Shown in pieces: positions 1-6,958 of a stretch of 20,879 bases of DNA (positions are counted from its first letter, which is position 1; each line of letters starts with the position of its first letter). The DNA is from Nanobdellota archaeon (GTDB lineage Archaea; Nanobdellota; Nanobdellia; Parvarchaeales; Parvarchaeaceae): assembly GCA_021807085.1 (NCBI GenBank), contig JAKAPM010000013.1:1-20879 (forward strand), written 5' to 3'. A program made the position numbers and the translations under genes. Below the pieces are notes generated by a model. That model saw only the letters and a program-made list of their open reading frames with translations, did not search any database and was not told where the DNA came from.

Positions 1-2
1 CC

Positions 3-314
3 AATGCTCTTCCTTCGAGGCGGGAGAACGAGATAAAGGACCTTGGTCTGGAAAAATACTTTCAGGTGATAATAATCTCTAAGGAAACAGGATTTGAAAA
101 ACCAAGTGAAGAGATATATAAGTTAGCAGCCAGAGAAGCAGGCGTCAATATGGGGGATATATTATTCGTAGACGATATAGAAAGTAACCTAAATGGTGCG
201 GTGGCAGCTGGGATAGACAACGTGGTTTTGATTGGAGAGCCTTCTGACACGGGTAGATATCCGATTATAAGGGATATCGGCGGTCTGCTGCCCCTCCTTA
301 AAAACACTGTCTGA
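3..314 (+). CDS. HAD-superfamily hydrolase, C-terminal part (5' end lies outside the window)
   Basis: Frame 3 is open from the window edge (NALPSRRENEIKDLGLEKYFQVIIISKETGFEKP...LFVDDIESNLNGAVAAG). The K-P and VDD..N..GA segments match HAD motifs III/IV. Stop TGA at 312-314. Confidence 0.6.
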   Translation, partial: NALPSRRENEIKDLGLEKYFQVIIISKETGFEKPSEEIYKLAAREAGVNMGDILFVDDIESNLNGAVAAGIDNVVLIGEPSDTGRYPIIRDIGGLLPLLKNTV

Positions 315-356
315 TTGCAAAGTTTGCTGTTTACAAAAACTATCTCTGACAATCCT

Positions 357-974
357 CTATACTTTTGTCTCTACTCTCTTGACTATTTCCTGTCCCACCT
401 CTACCTTCTGGTATGGTGTGAGCTTGAATAGTTTGGAATACATACCTTGAAGTTCCTTTGGATTGTCCTGACCGAAGAAAGGAGGTTCCAGTATCATAGG
501 CGTTATCCCATTAGAGCCGTTTACACTGTAGGAACCCTTCGAAGGGAACACCCCCATCGTTAAATTCGGCATATCTGATAGATACGCCTGCTGTGTGATT
601 ATTCTACCAACGTGGTCTCTGCTGCTAACCCCAAATATTGAATCCGCACCAGACGACCTGGCATACGCACTTATATGATCTATGTTTTCCTGTGTGTTTT
701 TGGATTCTTTGTCTAGAAGAACTTCACCGATTATCTTGTCAAGATTATCATACTTCCTATACAAAAAATTCTGCATAGCGTCGGCTTCTACAACTCCACC
801 TTTACTTACACTCCCTCCAGATATGTACATGTCTACATCTATATCATGCTTTTTCAGAAACCTTGCAAGGCCCACTGCCCCATCAAATCTATCAGAGACC
901 ACTGCATCCCAAGAATTGTTGCCTGATAGTATATTTTCACTGTAACCGAACACGCTCACTATAGATTTTGCCAT
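357..974 (-). CDS. DUF218 / YdcF-SanA-like family protein
   Basis: 205-aa ORF with the pattern ISGGS...EADAM...ESKNTQENI typical of DUF218. SD-like GAGGTGA lies 3-4 nt upstream of the ATG on the minus strand. Confidence 0.55.
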   Translation of the reverse strand: MAKSIVSVFGYSENILSGNNSWDAVVSDRFDGAVGLARFLKKHDIDVDMYISGGSVSKGGVVEADAMQNFLYRKYDNLDKIIGEVLLDKESKNTQENIDHISAYARSSGADSIFGVSSRDHVGRIITQQAYLSDMPNLTMGVFPSKGSYSVNGSNGITPMILEPPFFGQDNPKELQGMYSKLFKLTPYQKVEVGQEIVKRVETKV

Positions 975-1187
975 GATTCACCTCACTATTTTTATCTATT
1001 ATGCAGTAGCATAGAAATGTGCTTATATAAATACTTATAGACAGTTTAAATATACTCCAAAACTGTCATAAATCTATTTTCGATGCTGTAAAAATGAATG
1101 AAGTGAATGGATCAACAAAAGGAGTGTTTAGCCTACCAGCTCGTATGTCGCTGTCCCGGAATACCCCGTATTATCCCCTTAAACGAA

Positions 1188-1261
1188 TGGGGCGGCTGGG
1201 ATTTGAACCCAGGACCTCTGGCACCCGAAACCAGTGTCATACCAAGCTAGACCACTGCCCC
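1188..1261 (-). tRNA. tRNA-Pro (anticodon CGG), no intron, CCA not encoded
   Basis: Minus-strand read: GGGGCAG UG GUCU AGCUUGGUA UGAC A CUGGU UUCGGGU GCCAG AGGUC CUGGG UUCAAAU CCCAG CCGCCCC A. Full 74-nt cloverleaf with G37. One A6:C67 mismatch in the acceptor stem. Confidence 0.88.
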
Positions 1262-2271
1262 TGATCTTTCCTCTTGTAGGGAGGATACGTACCAATAGAC
1301 ATTATGACGCTGTCGGTTTTTATTGCTATACCTTTCGCTCCGTTAAGTATGTCTGCTGAGGATATCACAGATTTACCAAGGGCTATTATTTCGCCTTTCA
1401 GCGTGCATATACCGACAAGTTCATCATTTCCAAACCCGTTGAGCTTTACGATACCGGGTATAGCCAGTGGAGAACCATGACACACGGGGTCCACAGCACT
1501 GTCTGACACGAACACCTTCGGCAGAAAATCCAAAGCTCTCTCTATATTCTGTATCGAACGGTCCAGAAGCCTCGGATCGCTCTCGTTAGTGTAGAAATAC
1601 ACTCCATCATCCAGGTCCTGCAATGTTACTGGATTGTCAGCTTCCGACAGCGTGGACACTTTGGTACGTCTTAGGTCGGTCATGTGGGCACCAGTCCCGA
1701 GTTTCTCGCCAATGTCGTGTATAAGCTTACGTATGTACGTACCAGACTCCACGCCGGCCCTGAACAGCACGTCCCTGCCTTGTATCTCCAGAATATCTAA
1801 ATAGTACACCTCTCTCTCCCTGTATTGCCTTTTTACGTGGGATCTGACAGGAGGCATCTGCATTATCTTCCCAACGAAGCCCTTGAACGTATCTATAAGT
1901 AAGCGCTCGTCTACTTCTCCGTGAAGGTGCATGAGAGCGATATACTCCTTCCCACCTAACAGCAGCACGCTCAGCGCCTTCGTAGCGTTGTTTATCGCCA
2001 GCGGTAACAGGCCGGTCACTATGGGATTTCTTCAGGCTTCTAAAGTCCCTGAGTAACCGATCTTCTTAACGCCCAGCGGCGATAAAATCTGCTTGGCGAC
2101 TGCAGATGCCGTTCTGGACCGTATTCCCCTGGGCTTATCGAGGAGCACGAAGCCGAAATTTATACGCTGCTCTATGCTCCTTTTTTCCGGATACGATCCG
2201 TAGGCATCGTTAGTTTTCTCATCCTTAAGCGAAAAAACCTCGTGCTTAAAATTCTCCAGAGGGAGTCCCAT
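1237..2271 (-). CDS. cbf5: tRNA/rRNA pseudouridine-55 synthase Cbf5 (H/ACA RNP catalytic subunit). Interrupted by an in-frame TGA at 2032-2034. Predicted exons 2040..2271 and 1237..2027, giving 340 aa after removal of a 12-nt BHB intron.
   Basis: ORFs 2032..2271 and 1237..2019 are in the same frame. N-part: LLDKPRGIRSRT...KKIGYSGTL. C-part: VTGLLPLAINNATK...GKEYIALMHLH plus a PUA-like C-terminus. The conserved cmk-cbf5 neighbourhood is present. The splice model restores GTLDPIVTG. Confidence 0.85.
2028..2039 (-). other. Predicted 12-nt bulge-helix-bulge(-loop) mini-intron in cbf5 pre-mRNA (AAGCCUGAAGAA)
   Basis: The central 4-bp helix CUUU(2045-2042)/GAAG(2033-2030) is flanked by 3-nt bulges AGA(2041-2039) and AAA(2029-2027). 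The outer helix is GGGA/UCCC plus 9 further bp. Cutting after the 2nd nt of each bulge yields a GAU (Asp) codon. Confidence 0.7.
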
Positions 2272-2292
2272 TCTGAGGGATATACAGCTGGA

Positions 2293-2300
2293 ATTTATAA
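2293..2300 (-). promoter_or_regulatory. TATA box (TTATAAAT) for cbf5, 21 nt upstream of the ATG, suggesting a leaderless mRNA
   Basis: Minus strand reads GGTTATAAATTCCAGCTGTATATCCCTCAGAATG. The TFE gene has the same 21-nt TATA-to-ATG spacing (13906-13913). Confidence 0.4.
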
Positions 2301-2340
2301 CCGTTGCATTCTTGGTGGCGACTGTGGCAACCTGTGGGCA

Positions 2341-2898
2341 TCAAACGTAGGCGGAAGCAGTCTTGATGTAGAAAATGGTTATTTTCAGTAGGTCCTCCGC
2401 TGAGAATCTGCTCGAGTTTATCACAAAATCGAAGGGACGCAGGTCGCTGTCCACCTCTATTCCATACAGTTTTTTGTAAATCTTAAGCGTCAGTTCGTCC
2501 TTTCTTTTTGTAAACGAGAGTGCCTGCTTGAATGGTATAGAATCACGTGAGGCCACACGCTTTGCACGCGTCATCACGTCGGCTTTGACGTATATCTTTA
2601 TCACGTCTTTCCCGTTGACTTTCCACGGGGCGACCCAACTATCGAGTACTACATTGTTCTTGGACGAAAAGTTTTTCACGATGTACCTGTCAAGTTTGGC
2701 ATCGGACTGCGGGTGTGCAAGCCTGAACCTCAACGCATCCAACCCTTCCTTTGACTCCCAAACGCCAAAATCTTTCTTCGGTAGTATGTCCCTGAGCTTT
2801 GAACTAGCGGAAAAATATTCGAATTTAAAAGCCATTGACAGGCCTCTAGCGAGGGTGGATTTTCCAGAGCCAGTCAGTCCGGAGATTATTATTTTCAT
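2341..2898 (-). CDS. cmk: Cytidylate (CMP) kinase, archaeal type
   Basis: P-loop MKIIISGLTGSGKSTLA. Overall pattern resembles archaeal CMK (…VVLDSW…IKIYVKADVMTRAKRVASRD…YGIEVDSD…FDFVINSS). Lies next to cbf5, as in many archaea. Confidence 0.75.
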   Translation of the reverse strand: MKIIISGLTGSGKSTLARGLSMAFKFEYFSASSKLRDILPKKDFGVWESKEGLDALRFRLAHPQSDAKLDRYIVKNFSSKNNVVLDSWVAPWKVNGKDVIKIYVKADVMTRAKRVASRDSIPFKQALSFTKRKDELTLKIYKKLYGIEVDSDLRPFDFVINSSRFSAEDLLKITIFYIKTASAYV

Positions 2899-2902
2899 AG
2901 GA

Positions 2903-5900
2903 TCAGGATATCGGAGTTGTATTTATCAGGTTACTGTTGTTCTTGAATACAGGGGGAAGATAACTCAGGTTGGCGCAGTAATTGGCATCGGATGATGAGA
3001 GCGAACACTGCTGTGTAAGCAGGTTGTATTTGGATATCTGTGAGTAGTTTATCTCGTATACATTCACGTTGGTCAGCACCTGATTTTCCACACTGAGGAG
3101 CGAATTTACTGGAAGGTTGTCGGAATACACCAGCTTGAAGCCAGGTACTGATTCGTTCAGTAAATAGAGCTTTGTGAACAGAGTATTCAGAGTCTCATTT
3201 GGCATGAAAAGGATAGAGAAGGAATTCCCAAAGTTGCTCAGGTTGACTGGCAGCTGTTCGTATCCTCCAGAAGCGTTAGGGTAGCCACCTATGTGTAGGT
3301 AAGCCGTGTTACTTGCGTTCAGAAGCATGATGCCGCCAGGCACACCGTCGTTGGAAACCTTTGTGCAGCCTGCACCGTAAACGCAGTTATAATCCAATGG
3401 AAGCGGAGGGGAGAGTTGCTGTAAAAGATTGTTGTACAGGATAACGTACGGATTGCCGAAACTGATGCTTCTGTTAGTCGCGTTGAAAGGTATCGTTACG
3501 TTGACTATGTAATAGTTGGAGCCGCTGCCAGCCTCTCCTGGAATGGTGCCGTTGAAGTATATCGGCACGATATTCGGAAGCGCGCTGAACGTCACGGTGT
3601 ACTTGTAGCTGCTGTTGCCGCCGAGCTTTTGGGTATTGTAACTTTCCCCAGTAACCCCTATCGGCGAGAATGAAGTCGGCTCCAGTGCTATGGTGGATAT
3701 CGCGGAAAATTTCAGCACCTCGCTGCCGCTTATGACCGCATAGTCTGGTTGGTGTATAAAGTTTAGGTATGTTGAATACGTGTACGGTGATGTCGCTTCG
3801 AAGAAGTATTTTGCTATCATAGACTGGTATCCGTAGGCATTGCTGCCGTCTGCAACGGAAGTTCTGTTGGCTATGGCCTCTATCCAGTATCCGTAGTCCC
3901 ACCACGCTATGACCGATGAATTAACAGGAGTGTTTTGACCTATCCACTGCATTGTGGGTCCCCACAGGAGAAGTCCGCTGCCACTCTGCTGTGACACGTG
4001 ATACGAAGTGGTGAGACTGTTGTTTAGGTCTAAAGCGACCAACGCCACCGCAAGCACGATGATTATCCCAACAACGGCGAACCTTATGTTCCTATTGTGC
4101 ACGAGGCTTTCGGCGAATGCTATGATATATTTGAACGATACGACTATGGCTAAAGGTATGATTATTACCGCCACGAATTCGGTCGGTTCCAGGAACCTGC
4201 TCTCGATATTTGACAGCGTCAAGGTCAGGAAAAAGAATGCGAACATCAACATAGATATTATTGACATCGTTTCTGTGGTTTCGTCCTGCCTGTCGAAGGC
4301 GAAGGCCAGCGCTATCAGCACTACCAGCCCCATTGCACCGTATTTATAGTAGTGCTCCGCCCCTGTAGCGTTCATGTTCAGGAACACTATGGACATTACG
4401 AATGATATGGCGGTCAAGAAAATCACGACAGAAATATATTTCTTGAGCTGGCTGTTTGGTTTGAAAAGCGCGTGAAACACTGGTATGAGCTCGCCCACTA
4501 TGAACACTGACAGGAGAGAGTAAGCTGTCAGACCGAAGTTGAAGATTCCTCCGTTGAGCAGGATCATCAGGGGAGTACCGAGAAGGAAAGGCACATACCA
4601 GTGCTTGAATCTCCTGATAAAGAAATAAAATAAGAATATCCCACCCAGGGAGAACAGAAGGAAATTAACTGGAAGCGCGTTGGCGGAACCGGTGCTGCCT
4701 AGCACGAAGTTGTAGTCTACGGCTCTTTGCACCAGGTTCAGAGGCTGGTATTCGGCTATCGTCTGGCTCACGGGGTTTACTATACCCACGCCAAGAGGGT
4801 AGAGTATCTGGCTGTATATATCCGAAAAGAAGTGGTTGAATGTATGTGCGCCTGCGAGGAGGAGCAGAAGCACTCCCAACCCCGCACTGTAAAGAATGGA
4901 GGAAAAACCGTGGTTTATGAACGGGAGTTTGAGTTTATGCTTGTACCTATCGTATACGACCAGCTTGAAGATGACAACAAGATATGCGAAAAGAAGGGGG
5001 TAGTAGTAAACGCTGTGTATCACTGAATCTATGGAAATATTCATGAAGCTCATCTGCATCAGCACGAGGATACCGAACGGCAGATACGCGTACAAGTCAC
5101 CCTTTTTGGCCCTGTCGGTGAGCACTAAGAGTATATAGAATATCGGGATCAGCAGAAGGAGATACCTGGAATAACCGGACGCATCCACCGCAAAGCCGGA
5201 AGCGACGGCGGTAGCGAAGCCGTACACTACTTTCGACCTGATACTCCTTGATTTGACAGATTTTACCACGAAGTACACGGCCAGAAGTATGAACATTAGC
5301 ACCATAGAGGTTTTCTGAGAGAACCCGGCATCAGACCTGCTGAGGAATGTCAAGAAAGCAGGTAGGATGAACGCGCTTATGCTGGCTATCCAATAATCTC
5401 CGAACAGCGCGAGGCACAGGAAGAAAAGGAGGAGGGCTGGGAATATCGTGAAAAACGCAGGAAGATACATGAAGGAAGTCATCGGAACCGCGCCGTTTAC
5501 CAGAGGGTCTATTACCCTAGCTGCGTACGCACCGAAGAAAGACACCATAAGCTCGTCTCCTCTCGGCACAAGTCCGATGGGGTAGTACTGGATATTACTT
5601 ACGGCGGGTACGTTTCCTGTGTGGAGTATGTTTAGCATACTGAGATAAAACGTGTAAGGGTCCAGCCCAGTAAGAGAACCCCCCATATTCAGATAGTTGT
5701 TCCCGATAACTGGCGAGTTCTGCTGCAGCGGGTTCAGAAGGGCCGGTATGCTGGCTGTGTGCACTGTCCAGCCGACTACAACCGCAAATAGCAGTAGAAT
5801 ATAGAAGAGGACCCGTCTTTTTATGAATATGTTATAGCCGCCATAGGCTATTTTCTTGACGTTCTTGGAGAGATAACCGAAATTGACCTCTACCTCTATC

Positions 5901-6094
5901 TCGGTTATCTTCTTTTTGGAGGATTCTAGTACCTTCTCTTCTTTTTCCAGCTTGGAGAGCCTCTCACTGTCCCTCTCCAACGCCCTCTCCTCGGTCTTTA
6001 GGGACTCCTTTTCGCTGCGAATCTCCCCCTTGATTTCTGATTCCTCTTTTTCTATCGATTTCTCTATCTTCTTGGGTTCGTCGTTCTCGGTCAT
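2903..6094 (-). CDS. aglB: Oligosaccharyltransferase AglB (STT3 family) with an E/K-rich N-terminal extension
   Basis: 1063 aa with many TM helices and a diagnostic WWDYGYWI motif, followed by a large soluble C-terminal domain. The first ~80 aa are a charged, coiled-coil-like segment. Confidence 0.9.
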   Translation of the reverse strand: MTENDEPKKIEKSIEKEESEIKGEIRSEKESLKTEERALERDSERLSKLEKEEKVLESSKKKITEIEVEVNFGYLSKNVKKIAYGGYNIFIKRRVLFYILLLFAVVVGWTVHTASIPALLNPLQQNSPVIGNNYLNMGGSLTGLDPYTFYLSMLNILHTGNVPAVSNIQYYPIGLVPRGDELMVSFFGAYAARVIDPLVNGAVPMTSFMYLPAFFTIFPALLLFFLCLALFGDYWIASISAFILPAFLTFLSRSDAGFSQKTSMVLMFILLAVYFVVKSVKSRSIRSKVVYGFATAVASGFAVDASGYSRYLLLLIPIFYILLVLTDRAKKGDLYAYLPFGILVLMQMSFMNISIDSVIHSVYYYPLLFAYLVVIFKLVVYDRYKHKLKLPFINHGFSSILYSAGLGVLLLLLAGAHTFNHFFSDIYSQILYPLGVGIVNPVSQTIAEYQPLNLVQRAVDYNFVLGSTGSANALPVNFLLFSLGGIFLFYFFIRRFKHWYVPFLLGTPLMILLNGGIFNFGLTAYSLLSVFIVGELIPVFHALFKPNSQLKKYISVVIFLTAISFVMSIVFLNMNATGAEHYYKYGAMGLVVLIALAFAFDRQDETTETMSIISMLMFAFFFLTLTLSNIESRFLEPTEFVAVIIIPLAIVVSFKYIIAFAESLVHNRNIRFAVVGIIIVLAVALVALDLNNSLTTSYHVSQQSGSGLLLWGPTMQWIGQNTPVNSSVIAWWDYGYWIEAIANRTSVADGSNAYGYQSMIAKYFFEATSPYTYSTYLNFIHQPDYAVISGSEVLKFSAISTIALEPTSFSPIGVTGESYNTQKLGGNSSYKYTVTFSALPNIVPIYFNGTIPGEAGSGSNYYIVNVTIPFNATNRSISFGNPYVILYNNLLQQLSPPLPLDYNCVYGAGCTKVSNDGVPGGIMLLNASNTAYLHIGGYPNASGGYEQLPVNLSNFGNSFSILFMPNETLNTLFTKLYLLNESVPGFKLVYSDNLPVNSLLSVENQVLTNVNVYEINYSQISKYNLLTQQCSLSSSDANYCANLSYLPPVFKNNSNLINTTPIS

Positions 6095-6143
6095 AAAATT
6101 GATAATAGATTTAGTTTTTTCGGATTATTAAACGTTCCTAAAG

Positions 6144-6923
6144 TTAAAATACTTGGGATTCTATATCCCAGTTATCTTTCTTCCAAAACAGGGATTCGGG
6201 CTTGTTAAGGAATATGAAATGTTCGGGATGGGCCAGGTATTCGTCGTATATACTCTTGGAATAATCCAGAAAATCGATTTTCGGGGCGTTTTCGCGCTTG
6301 ATGTCGATGTCTTTGTAGTTTCTGTTCGTAACAGTTTTCTTGTTCTTCAACAGGTAGAGTGCGCCGCCTTCCATATCTTCCATCGGCTTGTAATCGGACT
6401 GGAAGAGGGTGTTCACCAGATTGGCTTCTATCAGGATTGTTTTTCCCACGTTTATTGAAATGTGTCCGTAATTTGGCGGCATTATCACTTTATCCCCCGC
6501 CTTAGCGTGCACAAGCTTAACATCATAGCTTCCGTCCTCATTTCTCCTCTGGAGAAGATACACCACCTCCCCGTATATTACTTCGTAGAGTTCTGGATAG
6601 CTGAGCCCTTTCTCCGCGAGAGGGTGATAGTGGCCCAAAGTCTTGGTGAATTCTCCACCTAGATCGTAGTTTTCTATCACAGTCACATCATATCTTATGT
6701 TGTGAGCCTTGAATATTGTAGGATTCCGCTCCACACCTGCATTCCTGAACATCCTGTACAAGATCGTATCCCTGTTCGCGTCTGTTATGAATTCCCTGTT
6801 AAAAAGGACCTTTCGCATCTCGTCCAGCCTGCGCACAGAAAAGGGAAGTTCGATACCGCCGGAAAACAGTTTCTTTTCCTTCTCGTCAAAAACCAGTTCT
6901 ACTGCCTTGACGTTCAGTTTCAT
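6144..6923 (-). CDS. Cupin-type glucose-6-phosphate isomerase family protein (cPGI-like sugar-phosphate isomerase)
   Basis: Segments align by eye with Pyrococcus cPGI: VRRLDEM, GGEFTKTLGHYH, PELYEVIYGEVVYLLQ, GDKVIMPPNYGHISINVG (cupin metal-binding His/Glu pattern). Confidence 0.65.
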   Translation of the reverse strand: MKLNVKAVELVFDEKEKKLFSGGIELPFSVRRLDEMRKVLFNREFITDANRDTILYRMFRNAGVERNPTIFKAHNIRYDVTVIENYDLGGEFTKTLGHYHPLAEKGLSYPELYEVIYGEVVYLLQRRNEDGSYDVKLVHAKAGDKVIMPPNYGHISINVGKTILIEANLVNTLFQSDYKPMEDMEGGALYLLKNKKTVTNRNYKDIDIKRENAPKIDFLDYSKSIYDEYLAHPEHFIFLNKPESLFWKKDNWDIESQVF

Positions 6924-6958
6924 CCCTATTACACGAGCTGCAGATATTAAAATATTAG

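Noticed and set aside
975-1187. A possible C/D-box or other small RNA, or a tRNA fragment, in the 213-nt spacer downstream of tRNA-Pro.
   Set aside because: Only degenerate C-box-like strings (AUGAAUGA, GUGAAUGG) are present, with no correctly placed CUGA D box. There is no T-loop or acceptor pairing for a tRNA half. The region is better explained as the DUF218 promoter and SD plus oligo-T-rich termination sequence. The one clean hairpin is reported separately.
2032-2034. The in-frame TGA in cbf5 might be a recoded codon (Sec, Trp or Gly) or a site of programmed readthrough.
   Set aside because: TGA is used as an ordinary stop by several neighbouring genes (HAD, RHH, CysD-like and the membrane protein). 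No SECIS-like hairpin is evident. Readthrough would still leave the catalytic Asp missing and four extra residues. The 12-nt excision explains all of these points at once.
1237-2271. cbf5 might be a simple pseudogene, or two independent genes as the ORF track suggests.
   Set aside because: Both halves are full length with no other lesions. The interruption sits in a precisely folded BHB-like structure whose canonical cut sites regenerate the Asp codon. Pseudogenisation cannot be fully excluded without transcript data.
3474-5026. ORFs nested within or antisense to aglB (3474..3905 minus-strand alternative frame, 4008..4349 +, 4727..5026 +), and the Ser-rich 5883..6131 +.
   Set aside because: They overlap the 1063-aa AglB frame, which carries the WWDYG motif. 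They have biased, implausible compositions. The Ser/Leu-rich one is simply the complement of the E/K-rich aglB 5' region.
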